Assembly: GCF_009834535.1 (NCBI RefSeq) | Contig: NC_045697.1 | Span: forward strand, 31,374,001 to 31,438,000 | Direction: 5' to 3' | Source: Camelus ferus | Taxonomy: Eukaryota | Length of the DNA stretch: 64,000 nucleotides | Shown here: positions 26,838 to 41,187 of the stretch, piece by piece | Layout of the letters: each line of letters begins with the position of its first letter | Position numbering within the stretch: the first letter of the stretch is position 1 | Program-made: the position numbers and the translations under genes | Notes under the pieces: generated by a model | What the model saw: only the letters and a program-made list of their open reading frames with translations | Told to the model about the DNA's origin: nothing | Database searches by the model: none

Positions 26838-27552
26838 TGTAAAGGTAAATATACATGGAAAAAAATTTTTAAGGAAGAGAATTTTCACTGGTATAAACAG
26901 GGAAAGAGATCTTTTTTCCCTTCCTTTTTCTTGGAGTATTTTCCTTAGAAAACTTGGCACTTATTTCTCTGACTTTGAGATCTATATAAATCTTTTAAAA
27001 GCTAAATAAGCCTTTTTTCCAGTTTTAAAACCATAAATGCCGTTTTCAAAGCCATCTCTTTGAATTAAAATCATCAATAGGGGAAGCCTCCTGTCCCCGT
27101 ATTTCCCAATTTTTATGGGGAGGTCAGAGCCTAAATTTAGCCGGTGCCTACCTTCAAGATACAAACCCCTTGTCAAAAAGGTATGAGAAATTTATTTTTC
27201 CCTTGGATTTAGTCCATTAGTTAACATAGATGACCACCCCAATTACCAGGTGTTAGGATAAACTATGTGTGACAAATGGTCCATCAAGTCCTCTTATTGA
27301 GGATTAGTTATTGTTTATTGCAAGAACAGTAATCTAGTGGGTTGTATCTACTTGGCTATATAACAGGGAGAGTTTTTTGTTTGTTTTTTTTTTTTTTTTT
27401 TTTTTTGTCTTTACAATCCCTTTAGCAGATTGCCTGTGGAACACATCTTATATTGGTTTAATGCTTATACAATAATAAAAATGTTTTCTTTCTTTTTTGG
27501 AGAGAATTGGGATTGGCAGGGGATTATGGTTTTTAACTGTATTTCCCCAACA
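26838..27552 (+). mobile_element. ERV1-class solo LTR (family uncertain)
   Basis: TATA-like 'ctatataa' near 27356, AATAAA near 27474, ends 'tatttccccaaca'; 5' boundary uncertain. Confidence 0.65.
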
Positions 27553-27849
27553 TCACAACACATGTTATTATATAACTATTTTATTTAAACTTTTTGGATG
27601 GCTTTCTCTTATCCATGGGATCCAGTCCAAATCCTGAGTATAGGTTTTACCACGTAGTACTAACATATCTTTTAACATCATCTCCTAGTGCCTCCAACAT
27701 ACAAGCTGCAGCAAAATGCTCAACATTGTCCTTTTTCCTGAGCATGCTATGCAGAATCAAATATTCATTCACAATGGTGGAACAGAGCTTCAGAATGGCA
27801 GAGTAAAAGTCTTGATGGAACATTTTCCTAATAACAATTTAATGTGAAA

Positions 27850-28960
27850 ATTATAAAATAAGTCACTTAAATTAGCCTCTGGAAATTGTCCTAATGGCAG
27901 GAATGGATACAGGATATGGAAATACAAGAGATAGGAAACAAAGAAAATAGAGAAACATTAATTCAAGAAAATCTGCTAAATCTTGATAAGAACATGAGTC
28001 TATGACATTCCAACTGTGAATTTCTCCCTTATCCTATTCTCCAGCTCCCTGTTATGGAAACTCCAACCCAGTGCTCTACACAGGGCATATGCAGCCAAGA
28101 ATGCTGGGCTGTCTTTCCCACTGGATCCAGTCCAAGCCTGGGAAACCAAGCTTAAAGAATCCAAGGAAGATATGATGAAGATATGTCATCAAATAAATAA
28201 TATCTATAAAGGAACAAAGATTAAAAATTCTGAAGTTGAAAAGAAACTGACATTTAGAAATTCACTAGAAGCATTCAAGAGTAAATTTTAGCTGCTCCCA
28301 AAAGGAAAAATCAACAAAGATGGTAAAGAGAGATGAATAGAGATTATTCAGTATAAAGAAAAGAAGGAAAAAAAAATGAAGAACAATGAACAGTGTTTCT
28401 GAATAGTGTGGAACACATGTATAACTTTGAAACAACCAGAAGACAGGTCAATCAATCCAGTAGACTCCTAAATGGAGAAAAAAATGAATGTAAAATATAA
28501 TTAATGTAAAACACATATGAGTTATAACATAACAGGATTTTCAAAGAAGTGTCTATTGGCTTAATCTTTCAATTAGAAAGACATTTAGATTGAATTAAAA
28601 ATAAGGCCCACAATTTTTCAAGATATTTTTCTTAAAAATATATTGAAGTTAAAAATGAAAAAGAATACTAGGCAAATACAAATCATTATAAAGTTGGAGG
28701 TAACAACCTTAACAATGGTTATAATAGAATTTAAGGTGAGAGAAAGAAAATGGGTCAAAGAAAAGAGATCTTGTAAAAGGCACAATAGATGACGAAGTTA
28801 TATTCATCATGAACATGAAATACAGACTATTTCAAATATACATTAAGTAACTTTTCACAGAATCACAGTGTAAATGTAAATCAGAAATTATAATGGGAAA
28901 TTTTAGCATACTTCTCTCAGAAGCTTTGAGATAAAGCAGTTAAAAATAGACTTGATTATA
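27850..28960 (+). mobile_element. Ancient L1M fragments (5' region, ORF1, start of ORF2), highly degenerate
   Basis: A-rich; 'aaaattctgaagttgaaaag...aaattcactagaagcattcaagagtaaattt' is ORF1-like; 'tataatgggaaattttagcatacttctctcag' is endonuclease GDFN-like. Confidence 0.55.
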
Positions 28961-30589
28961 TATCAAAAGTTTTCACTGAATAAAGGAAGCCTTGAATGAA
29001 CAGCTTCCTGTCCAATTATTTTGAGCTAGGCTTTCTTGTTCATTTAAAAAAATAAACAGCTGCCTGAAGTCCATTAAAACATTTTAGGATTTACTTTTTG
29101 GGAGATGAAAAATTCTCTGCCACAAGAAAGCAACCTCAGTCTTCTGCTTTCAATTCTTGTGCAAAGCATTTAAAAAGTGGGGATCAGTAGCTTCTCTGAA
29201 ATCAATGTCTCACAGCAAAAATCCAAGCTTTCTTCCAAAATCTGTGGCTAGAATTTGACAACTTTTATGAACCATGACTCGTTTACATATTTTTCTTTGC
29301 CCAAACAGCAAAAGCAGTATTACCAGCTACTGCAGTTATTTCATTTCTGAACAGCGGATCAAGCATTTACTTTCAGTTTAAGATTTTAATAGCAGGGGAA
29401 ATTCAGAGGATTTTGAAGATTCTAAACGGAACTCTCCAAATAGAAATCATTTTCTGATGTCATCCAAGTACATTATAAGCTGAAATCTAAGATTTGGCTG
29501 CACAAAGAGGTTTCAGTAGTTTCGTGTAGCGGCATGCTGATAAGAAAAGGCAGCATCACTAATTCTTCATGACCTTCTCTAATGTTAGAAGACAAATGTT
29601 TCTATTGTGGGTGGGATCATTTGTCACAAGTACTGCTTCACTTTTCTTCCCAAATAAGCTACAAACCAGCTTATTCATTGCCAGGAAATATGGTTGTATC
29701 AAGTTCTCTCCAACTGTGAACAGCTCTGTTTGATGATTGGAAATGGAATATGTGGTACTGTAGGCTGCTTCATGGGACGGATTTGATTCAAGATAGCTTT
29801 AATTCCCAGGTTCTTGAAACAAAGCTAACTTCTCATGAGAAATACCAATGCTGTGACACATTCTCAGGTTGGACACATTTGAGCAGTTTTCTCAGCCTTA
29901 AAGGCTTTAGGTTACCATTGGCAAAAATATTTGCACCTTTATAAATACTGTGGTTTTATGGCCAATTACATTCTTCAATGAAATTAAAATCAAAAATAAT
30001 TTTAATTTTATTTAACCTTCTTTACTTTGACAGTTTCCAACTGAAGTTAAGCCCAATATAAACAATGACAAAGAGATGTGTGTTGATTAAATTATATCAC
30101 CCAGAAACTATTTTAAATAAAATGTGGTGTGAGTAATGACTATACTCACATATGTAAGCACAGCAGCATATTATACTATTTATAGCAAAGACATAAAAAT
30201 ATTGATGTATTTCCTCCATATACAAATAGACGTTTCTCAACATGACAGAAAGACAATCAAATTGATGTGTGTGTATGTTTATACGTGTGTGTGTGCGTGT
30301 GTATGTGTGTATGATTGTGACATATTCTTCTGGGCTATGCCTAGTTCATGGAACTCCTAAAGACCATTTGTAGGTAATAGATTGAAGCTTCTGATCCAGA
30401 GGAATTTTAAAGAGTCTACATTTACTAAACTTGAGTGCAAGAGCAGAGATATACTGATTTGTAACTCAAATATCAGGCTAGTCCTGGCCCTTGTTAGAGT
30501 GAACTGGAGAGTGAGGTACACTTAGAGAAATGTCACTGCTTTAATTGAGTAATGTATTCTTGTGCAAAAATCTGTAACTAATCTCTATT

Positions 30590-31072
30590 TTATTCAGAAT
30601 CAAAACTTCTTAATTCTGGCATTCAACACATTCACAATTTCCAGCTTAATTTCAATTGTTTTCCATCAGGAAAGCTACATTATAGCTAAGCAGAACCACT
30701 GAGGCATAGAATATATGTCTAGTGCATCCTCATCTTCATTAAAAACATATTTTGCTTCTTCCACATTCCTATTTCCTTAAGGACTAAATACTTCTCATCT
30801 CTTACAATCCAGTTTAAATTACATGCCTTCTATATTGTCTGTCTTAATCAAGTCAGTTAAAAAATAATTTCTTCAACCTACAGACTCTTGGCATTTTTTT
30901 GTGCAGTTCTGGTATGAAAACCTTCACTTTTATCATGTATTAATCATTTTTATGCATTTCCTATTAACACTGTCCTTCTTGATTTATTCTTGTAAATTCT
31001 GTATCATCTCAGTGCTTTGCACATGTTAGTCATTCATTAGCTACTTATTGAGTGAATGAATCAACAAATGAA
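30590..31072 (+). mobile_element. L2 3' end
   Basis: Ends 'cagtgctttgcacatgttagtcattcattagctacttattgagtgaatgaat'. Confidence 0.6.
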
Positions 31073-31907
31073 GTAATAATGGAGGGCAGAATTTTCTTCT
31101 TAATAATTCTTTACTTTGGCTTATGTTGCCTGTCAACTCAAGTTAACAACAACTCTTGCTCTCAGTAATTTCACGATTGATTATGAGCTTAGCAGTACCT
31201 ATTGAGAAAACAATTCTTAGCTGAGGATACTGATCCAAAGAATATTTGTTTTGCTGTAGTGATACTACTGTGAAAATAATGAAATTTTTATTGTCAAGAC
31301 TTAGAAATATCAGATATTTTAAAAAAAAGACTTAAAGTTCTAGTTATATAGACTCACAAATACGAGAAATCTTATGATAGAGTCACAGATTTTATGTTAA
31401 AGGCTATTTGTGATCTAATTGATGAATATGAGTCTGTTAATAACCAGGCACTGTGTACAGACTTACATTAAACCACAGGAAGAGCCTTTCTGTCAGGGGT
31501 AACCCCATTCCTCAGATGAAGGTACAAAGTCCACAAAGGTTAGGAAGGCTCACGTCATGGAAAGATTGATCAGTAGAATTAAGATGGTCTGTTCTCCTTC
31601 CACTGTACTGAACTTGCTCTTAAATTTATTGTAATTTTAACATTGGGGATGTCTGATATAGAATGCTTGGTATAGTGAACAGACTCTTGATCAAGAGTCC
31701 AACAACCAGGGCTCCAGAAAAGAAAAGAAATTAAGCTGGAATGGGTAAGATTATGAAGAGTTCATACTGGGAAGATAGAATATTATAACATGTAAGAGTA
31801 AAATTCAAATAGTGTAACCAGTGCTAACAACCACATAATTTAGGGGCAGAGTAGTGATATCTTTAAAACACGAATAATATTAATCTTCTTTCAGGTTTTT
31901 AAAGTAA

Positions 31908-31910
<3 letters not shown>

Positions 31911-31945
<35 letters not shown>
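31911..31945. repeat. (TA)n microsatellite
   Basis: Directly visible. Confidence 0.97.
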
Positions 31946-31948
<3 letters not shown>

Positions 31949-32032
31949 ACATTTAGGAAATGTTCAATAAATAGTCAATAAATACTAGACTTTCTTTTGG
32001 AAAAATTTTAGTCAACTTTAACTAAAATTAGA

Positions 32033-32381
32033 TGTATTACTTTGTTAGGGTTCCCATAAAAAAAAAAATACCACAGACTAGATGCCTTAAACAACAGAAA
32101 TGTATTTTTTCACAATTCTGGAGTCTAGAAGTCCAAGATCAAGGTGTCTGCAGAGTGGTTTCTTCTGAGTCCTCTCTCCTTTACTTGAGGTGACCAGCTT
32201 CCCACTGTGTCCTCACATTGTTTTCCCTTTGTCTATGTTGTTTCTGTCCTAATATATTCTTCTTTTAAGGACACTAGTCATATCGGATTAGGATGCACCC
32301 TAATGACTCCATTTTAACTTAATCATCTCTTTAAGGACTTCAGCACATCAATTTTGGGGAGACACAATTGAGCCCATTACA
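32033..32381 (-). mobile_element. MaLR solo LTR (MLT1A-like)
   Basis: 'aataccacagactagatgccttaaacaacagaaatgtatt...ctagaagtccaagatcaaggtg...gacacaattgagcccattaca'. Confidence 0.88.
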
Positions 32382-34188
32382 CTTGGAGATTGAGAATATA
32401 ATCCCAGGAGGTAATATATTAAGAACTAGATTAAGGATATGTGCTAGAAATACTGAAATGCCATATTATGGATGATGACTTCATACTGTAAATACTACTG
32501 AGGCATCAAGCATTTTTGACCAGGTAAATGATGAAAATAGCGTTTTTCTCCCAGACATTTTCAGTTGTGATCAAACATTTAACATGTACTTTAAAGTTAG
32601 ACAATAACAAAATGTAGAGTAATTTGGATTAAATTTTCCCCATGAGAAAACTACAGACATAAATGTGCCATAATAATTACTGTAAAGTCAATTCAGCTCC
32701 AGAGACTGTGTGATATTTGGTTCATACTGACTGGAATTCATTTCTCTTAACTTCCTTCCATTTTCTTTATCCCTTCAAGAAAACCTCTAATTCTCAGAAA
32801 ACCCTGGGACAACCAAAAATAGGTTGCCTGTCTTTTCAAAGTGAGCCTCCAAATTCCTCCTCCTAGCCACTTCCCTTTCAGAGTTAACTAAGCTATTTTC
32901 ATTTTAAATATCTGTCAAGAACACAGACTTAGTGAAACATGAATCCTTTTAGCTTTTGTGATGGCATGTCAAAGTTTTATTTCTATCTCATCTTTCTCAG
33001 GGGTGCATGGCTTCTTGCTTTGTTTTTTTTTCCCCATGACTCAGCAGAATGAGCATCTTCATGCTTAAGGAAAAGAAAACAAAAACAAAACAAAACAAAA
33101 CAAATGTATCACTATTAAAAGGAGGCTACAGAGACCCGTTCCACATTTTCCCTACTTGCTTTCATCATTAGCTTTAAATCTTTACTACAGGTGTTTCTGA
33201 AGAGAATTTGAACTGTCTCCTGTTGAAATGTATAAAATATGTTTTGAATATAATACCCTTTCTTCCTTCTCTGAGTCAACTATATTATTTGCCACTGCAC
33301 AGCAAATATTGATTACTTGATTATATACAGTCTAACAGAGAACACTTTACTAAGAAGAACTTTGTTTTCATTATTGTTAAAACCTTATATGTTAGGGGCT
33401 GGAATTAATTTCCTTTAAGGAAATCATTTGGAAGTCCACATTTCTTATCCTCTTTTTCATTTTGAAGAATGACTGTTCACTCTTTTCCAATTCACATAGA
33501 GCAGGCATGCCCCTTATGCTTTGCTGACCTAGCAAACTTCTTTTTCATAGTGAAAATTTGTTCACCTTGTTTTCTCTCCAATTGGTCATTTTCATTATGT
33601 TGGTAACAGTCCAATATATACACACATTAAAAACAAAACCAGATGAAAGAGGAGAGGAATGGGAGAAGGAGGGTGAGAAGGTAATAATTCAGTAGGCTGG
33701 AAGAGATTTTTTGTTGCTCTGAAACAATGAATGATTAGAAAAATGAACTTAAAGGAAGAGGCTCATTTATTCCTTCTCACATCATTTATTTAGTAATAAA
33801 ATCTGAAACCAATACAGGTCAACCACACACACATACAAAATCTGCCCATTCTCATTATATCCTTGAAAACCCACAGTAAACTCAGAGTGATACATTTCTT
33901 CTGCATGTATTTGTATTTTCTTGTAAAGCATTGCTGATTAAGTTATATTGTGCAGGAAATCTCAGATGCTCTAGAAGACCAGGTACCTAAGAAAAGCATG
34001 TTATAAAGCTATGGTGTGAGTCATCTGCTTTGCCTTGTTCCTGAAGATCTGAAGTTGCAAGGCCTCACTACAGCAAAGAGATATAAATAATTCAAAAAAT
34101 ATGTATTAAATTGAGATTCTGGGGACTTTTTCTTGGATAGGCCAATATTAACTGAATTGAGTTTGAAGGTGGTTTTCTATTTCTTATA

Positions 34189-34500
34189 CCATCAGTCCTC
34201 TGTATCTGTGGGTTCCACATATGCAGATTCAACTAAATGTGGATCAAACATATTTTTAAAAAATCCATAAAGTTCTGGAAAGCAAAACTTGAGTTTGGAG
34301 TGCTGACAACTATTTACATAGCACTTACATTGTCTTAGGTATTATAAGTAACATAGAGATGATTTAAAGTATACGTAAGGGTTTGCATAGGTTATAGGCA
34401 AATACTAAGCCATTTTATATAGGGACTTGAGCATCAGTAGATTTTGGTAACTGTGGAGGGTCCTGGAGCCAATGCCCATAGATACTGAAAGATAACTCTG
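34189..34500. mobile_element. TcMar-Tigger MITE (MER2-like)
   Basis: 'cctctgtatctgtgggttccacatatgcagattcaac...ggtattataagtaacatagagatgatttaaagtatac...gggacttgagcatc...gtcctggagccaat'. Confidence 0.88.
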
Positions 34501-34964
34501 TGCTGGGTGACTTAAGGAATCATATGAGGTATTTAAGGAGAAACATCACCCATGGGTTTATGGACATAATGTTGTCTTTTCATTTGTTTCTGTTTTCTGG
34601 TATCCATTAACATGGATGACTTAGTAAAGCAATTGCATAATGCATACCCTGGTAAATGTGCAGATACCTCTCCTGCAGTCTGGCTCTAATAAAGGATTCA
34701 ATTGCAAAGACAAAAATAAGTTATTCCAGAAAAATAATACCAAGTACTTCCTTCTTTTCTACATTAATTTCTGGTGTAGTTAAAATGAGGAAATTGTCCT
34801 CTAAAGGGATTTAACAGAAATAAATCTGTTGTATACATAATAATACACCTTGGGAGCATGACTCCGTCTCACCCTTGTTACTGGTGCCAAAGATTTTTCA
34901 CAGCTATGAGCTTTGGCCTTTTGGATTCTTTTTTTTTTTTTTTTTAAAGAAGATAAAGCCTATT

Positions 34965-35332
34965 TTTATAGACTGAATTCTGTACCTCCCAAATTCACAC
35001 AATGAAACTCTAACCTCTAGTGCAACTGTATTTAGAGATGAGGCTTTTAACGCAGTAATTAAGGTTCAATGCCCTAATCTAATAAAACCGTTGTCTTTGT
35101 AAGAGGAGGAAGACACATCAGGGATGCACGAACATAGAAGAAAGACCATACGAGGCCACAGCAAAAAGGCAGCCATCTTCAAGGCAAAGAGAGAGGCCTC
35201 AAGAGTAAACAAACCTGCCCACACCCTTGATTTTGGACTTCCAGCCTCCAGAACTGTGAGAATATAAATATCCATTGTTTAAGCCACTGAGTCTGTGCTA
35301 TATTGTTATAGCAGCTCTGGCTGACTAATACT
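34965..35332 (+). mobile_element. MaLR solo LTR (MLT1A-like)
   Basis: 'tatagactgaatt...caccttgattttggacttccagcctccagaactgtgagaatataaat...tgactaatac'. Confidence 0.88.
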
Positions 35333-38300
35333 GTCAGAATTTTGGTAATGAGGAGATTGTATCTTCCAAAGTCAAAGTATAACAGGGAAAATGTGCAAAG
35401 TGACCTGTAGGGCTGCTCTTAAGGAAGCATTGCAAAATCCTGTCCTCCAGCCTTTCTTGGTCAACTTCACAATTTTTATTTTCCTTCCCTGCATAATACA
35501 ATAATCACCCAGGAGGGTAGGGGGTCATTGTATCAGGAAAGGTAGGCTAGGTCTGTGTGCCACCATCAACAAAAATAAGAAATATATCATTTTCTTCATT
35601 TGCATAAGACAATGGAAAGCTTAAATATGTGAAAGTAAAAATTAATACTTAGGAGAAAACAATCCAAAGTATACTAAGAGGATGATGGAATCTATGTAAT
35701 TAATATTCAAAGAAATACATGTAGGAAAAATTTTAGACCACTCTCTTAGGCTATTGATGCTTTGCACTTCTATGTAGAAAGAATAATTTGGGTCATCAAA
35801 AGAAAAGTATAGTTCAGGGGAAAAAAGTAATCATGATGTGATTCTTGCACATGATCATTGAATGTTCACAAATGAAATGTTTTACATAATTCAAAGGTTG
35901 ATTTAAGGACCTTGCGAAACCATGGATAAGGGTAACTAAAGTAATCAAAGTAATTTGAAATCAGGAAGGCTGCATTATGAGGATAATACAAAGGATTTGT
36001 ACATATCACTCTTGAAAGGCAAAGAGAAAGAAAATGATTAGAATCTGCAGCGCTATTAAGGACAGAAGGTGAGAAGTAGACTTGTTCATAAGATCAAATC
36101 CAATAGATATAACAGATATTCCCTGAACCTTGAACAATTTTAATCATATAGGAATACTTACTTAAAGAACTTCAAAGAGAAATTCTTTATTCATGTGGTC
36201 ACTATGAACACTTTCTCCCTACTAGCGTTAGACTAATTACATCTAATTTAATGTTATGGTATATCAGTAGCTATATTGTTTCCCAATCATCGATGGACCT
36301 TCATAGAAAATATAGCAATTCCGGAGAAAAAGCCCAAATATTTCTTTTCTTTCCATACATCTAATAATTGAATAATGACTCGTATCCTGGATAGACTGTG
36401 TATTTTAAAAATCATTTTTGTTAGGGTTTAAGTCATTATTTTTTAAAACTGTGTGGTATACCACAGTTGTTGGGATAAATTCTCGGATATTTGTTCTGAT
36501 GTAGTCGGATAAGATGGTCCAAGTGAAAAAAAAAATGCACAAATAAAGATCTGATGTCAACAATAGAATCTCATGGAAAATAATTCTTTATGATTCTTAG
36601 TTAATATATACACACATAAAATGAGAATTTTAATTAAGACCCATGGTAGAGATACGAGGCAACATTTTCAAGGGCGAAGGACTACAGAACTTTATTTGAA
36701 GAGAGACTGGGAATATATCCAAGAGGCATAATGAAGAGGTCCTACTACTTGGGTGACATTTTAATCACAGTGACTTCTGTTGTTTTAGCTATCCTATACT
36801 GAGATATAATAAAAACTTATTTTTTCCATACATTGGTAGTCAGTTATCTAACTGAAAGAATTCTATTATTTAAAAAATCAAAATTACTTTAGCTTTGAAG
36901 ATCCTTTTCTTCACTTGAGGGACAAAAATTTTCTAACAGTACTAACAAAATCTTTCAAGCCAGTGTATATTTAAAATGTATATAGCTCTTTCCATTTATG
37001 GCTTGTACTCTAGCTTTCGATTTAAAACTAATTTCAACACACTGTGATTTAATTTAAAACTCCAGTTAGTGACAAAGGATACTCTTTAAATGAAATCAGT
37101 AAGTTTTCCATATTTTAAAATAAGTAGGTAGTAGTAGGAACATTGTGAGCAGGTTCTTTATTTGTCAGCACAATAGGTTTACAACTATATTTTGCTGTGT
37201 TTTTTCTTCTTCCTTTCTTAATGTAGAATGCCTGTAGTCACCTTTAATAACCCAGTTTAAGAAAGGTCATATTTTCAATACAATGTCAAACTGAGTTCAC
37301 ATAGCTCATGGTATAAGAATTGTTGTTCTTGTCTAAGATACTTCAACTAACTTTCTTAGTTTGTTTCATTATTTCAAAATGATGAAGTATTTTTAAAGTA
37401 CTGTATAAATGCTAGAAAGGAAACAAAATGAAAATGTGTCTAGGCCATGTGTTCAGATAACAATTGAGGAGAAACAATTTTACTGGCTGAAGCAGTGAAG
37501 GAAATATGCCTCTAGGACATGAAATTCTTCAATGCAAGGGTATGTGACATTTTCACAAGTATGGATCAAGTTTCTGTCTATTGAACTTTGGTTCCAGGGG
37601 CTCTTAATCCTAGGATACACTCTTTAAATCATAAAGAAAGAGGATAAATCAAATATCTTAATTTTGGCCTGGGTACCAATGACTTCATGACTTGTTTCAT
37701 GATATTATAGTTCCTTGAAATTCAAAGATTGTAAAAGCATAAAAATGAAGGAGGGCTCTCATCACATAAATAAGTGAGGGGAATCAGAAATACTCTAGAA
37801 TAGTAAGTGTTTGCTTAGGCCACATTTTATACATACACATGGGTCAAAACCAATTTGAAGTGAAGAGCACACTGTTTTCACATTTATAAGGATGTTGAAG
37901 TGAATGCCATGTCATGTTAGTACATAGTTTACAGAAAAGCAATTGGAAAGAAGATAAAAATATTGTCTTACCTATTTGCCTTGCATAGCCCTCAGATTTT
38001 TTTTAAGAGTTTCCAATCTTCTGGAGATATTTCAGCATTAACGAATATTTTTTAGAAAAAAAAAATATAGCATGCAGTTACATAATCTTCTACAGAGGCA
38101 AATTAATCTTTTCTTATTAGCGTGTCAGCAACTTCTGCTTTTGCCAAGTTAATCATTTAGCCAGCTGAAATCTAGCATATTTGTTTTACTGGGTTTGGCC
38201 TTGTCAGCAGTAATGCAAGTAAAAGTGGTTTTCTTAACACAACCATTTTTCCTCCCTTTTACCTTAGTTAATAGAAATAAACTCCCATACAGATTTTTTT

Positions 38301-39259
38301 TTCCCTTGGGAAAATCACTTTAAAAAAAAAGTGTGTGTGATCTGGAGGATGTTTAATTTATTACCATTTTGTACCCTATAAACTGGATCAGCTCTCAGCA
38401 AATCTTCAATATAGGCATAGTTCATATTCTGCAGTTAATTTCATAATCCCATTTCCTCAAAATTCTTTTATAAACTTTTTGTCAGGTGCTCTATTATTCT
38501 CTCCAGCTGATCAGACAAACGGCATCCTTGAAGAGCTTACCTTATGTAGTACAGAACACCTTCTAACTTCTCTCTCCCATATTCACCAATGCAATTAATT
38601 CATTCTACGTACTAGTGCTCATATACCAAAGGGAAATAATTTGAATTAGGTTTTCAACTGTGTCTACTTTATGTCTAGTAGTCTATATTTATATTCTAGT
38701 AGTCTATAAGTATGTCTATATTATGTCCCATCCATCAAATCTTTGTTTATTTTAGTTGGGAGTTTGAGATTGGTAAATATTAGACACAGTTATTAGATAG
38801 ATAGTTTTGTTCAGGGACCCTTACAAGTTTGCAGTCAAACTGTTGACCTGCTGGTGGGGACTGTACTTTCTGAAGATTTGACTGAGCTGGGAGTTTTTCC
38901 AAGCTCATTCACCATTCTTCTGGCAGAAGGCTTCAGTTTCTCGCTTGGGTAAGACCCTGAAACTATTTACCAGGGGTCCTCCGCTTGTGGGCTTAAAGTC
39001 CAGTCTTTGTTTTTCCTGTCTGTCTGTGGACAGCACTGCTCAGTTACCCAGCCTCTCAGTCTTCTCCAGCCTCACCTCTCAGTTTCCTTCTAAATCTTTC
39101 TCTTACAACTCTTCACTTCTTTGACAATTTTCTGATGCTGTCTGATGAGTGTACATTACATCCTCTCCAGCTATTCTGAGTGTTTTCACTCAGCCACATT
39201 CAATAGCTAGAACTGGTGACTGGAGTTTTGTTTCTAGATCATGTGCCCTTTAGAAAATA

Positions 39260-39460
39260 ACAGTATTTCTCAAGATATGGTTCTCACCCTGCCAGCACCC
39301 TGAATGAATGCTGGATAGAAACTGGATGCTGTATTATGGAAAACTGGGTGATTACGGGACCTGAGCCACTGAGTCATGGCTCAAGGAATCTAGCAGCACA
39401 CATCCGTCAAGTGAAATGGTATATTTCTGGCCAGGCTTAGCGGATGCTGAAGCCACAAAG
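39260..39460 (+). mobile_element. ERVL/MaLR internal (pol-derived) remnant
   Basis: 'cagcacacatccgtcaagtgaaatggtatatttctggccaggcttagcggatgctgaagccacaa' resembles the ERVL QQxSIIKWKWYI..RARAGPEGT segment, now with stop codons. Confidence 0.45.
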
Positions 39461-39627
39461 AGAAGATCATAAATATGTCAATTACAGCATTCTCTCTAAT
39501 TGTTAATAATTGACAACCTTTTATATAAAAACATTTTCATGTCAAATACAATGGAATATGCTAAAGCTTGAAGCATGAACTAGAATTTTTTGTATCTACC
39601 TGAATGCTTCAAATTAAAAAGTTATGA

Positions 39628-40275
39628 ATGATCCAGCAACCCCACTCCTGGGCATATATCTGGGAACTCTAATTGGAAAAGATACATGCACCCCAATGTT
39701 CACAGAACATTGTTCACAGAAGTACTATTTACAATAACAAAGACATGGATACAACCTAAATGTGCATCAGCAGATGACTGGGTAAGGAAGTTGTGGTATA
39801 TTTATACAGTGGAATATTACTCAACCATAAAAAGAATAAAATAATGCCATTTGCAGCAACATGGATAGCCCTGGAGATTATCATTCTAAATGAAGTAAGC
39901 CAGAAAGAGAAAGAAACATACCATATGATATCACTTATGTGGGGAATCTAAAAAAGAAAAAAAGGACACAAATGAACTTATTTACAAAATAGAAATAGAC
40001 TCACTAGAAAACAAACTTATGGTTACCATGGGGGAAGTGGGTAAGAAGGTATAAATTGGCAGTTTAAGATTTGCAGATATTAACTACTATATATAAAATA
40101 GATGGACAACAAGTTTCTATTGTAAAGCACAGGGAACTATATTCAATATCTTGTAGTAACCTATGGAAAAGAATATAAAAAGGAATATAGGTATGTATAT
40201 GTATGAATGAACTCTTATGCTATACACCAAAAATTGACACAATATCATAAACTGATTATTCTTCAATTAAAAAAA
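39628..40275 (+). mobile_element. Lineage-specific L1 3' end, inserted in an older L1M 3' fragment (~39530-40660)
   Basis: Collinear with 50620-51243; decayed TSD aaaaagttatgaa / aaaaagtctaagaa. Confidence 0.93.
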
Positions 40276-40721
40276 GTCTAAGAAAAGTGAGTCTAAAAAT
40301 ATACACAGTCTAATACAATTTATTTGAAGACTAAGACATATTAAGGAACTCTACACATATTTATTATGTATGCATACATTTTATATAATTATATATATTT
40401 TTATATTATATATATGCATGAAATAAAATTCTAAATACACGTGTAGAATTATCAATTATAAAGTGGCTTAAAAATGAACAGAGGAGAACAGGTTCAGAAT
40501 TATAGAGGGCTTCAACCATGTATATATGTTTTTTTAATTTATGAAGTAAACATGGCCAATTTTTAAGATGAGAAAAAGCCAGGTTGCTATAGAGCAGTAC
40601 TTAGTAGAATATTCTCTCTATTTTTCTGTGTACTTGAATTATTTTATAATACAAAATAAAATTTTTATAGTAAGAAGCCTTCTTAGGAAGACATTTTCAC
40701 ACAGCGCCATTTATACAGCTT

Positions 40722-41187
40722 TATATTACTAACTGTGTAAATTGTGTGTCTGCTTCATCCTGATCCACTCTCCACCCTTCTTCAACATCTTCTGCTTTAG
40801 GAGGCCAAGCCTTGGGAATTACATCTTCAGTTTCCCTAGTTGACTGTCTTCTGTTTGGGTCAAGCCAACAGGAGCCACTGTCAGATTGTACTGGAATGGA
40901 GAAAAAGACCAGTGTTTCTTTCCTCCTTCCTTTCTGCTTTATGGGGTCTCTGGGCGTATCTATGTGCCAGCCGACCACTGTCCAAAGCCCCCTACTTCTC
41001 AGTGAACGCTGATTATACTGTTGGCATTTCAGCTCTGGGAACGGTAATGGCTTTGCATTGTTACTGCGGGTGCCTCCCCGTTCTTTATTCACTTCCTTAT
41101 TCCTGCCCACTCCTCTGTAAGTGAAGTCTCTTTATAAGTCTGCTCATTGAAATATTTGTGTTTCCTGATGGTATCTTGGCTCATGCA
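40722..41187 (+). mobile_element. ERVL-class solo LTR (LTR33-like)
   Basis: 'atccactctccacccttc...gtttgggtcaagccaacaggagccac...tgtgtttcctgatggtatcttggctcatgca'. Confidence 0.65.

Noticed and set aside
40721..41124. 129 aa and overlapping ORFs
   Set aside because: They fall within an LTR33-like element
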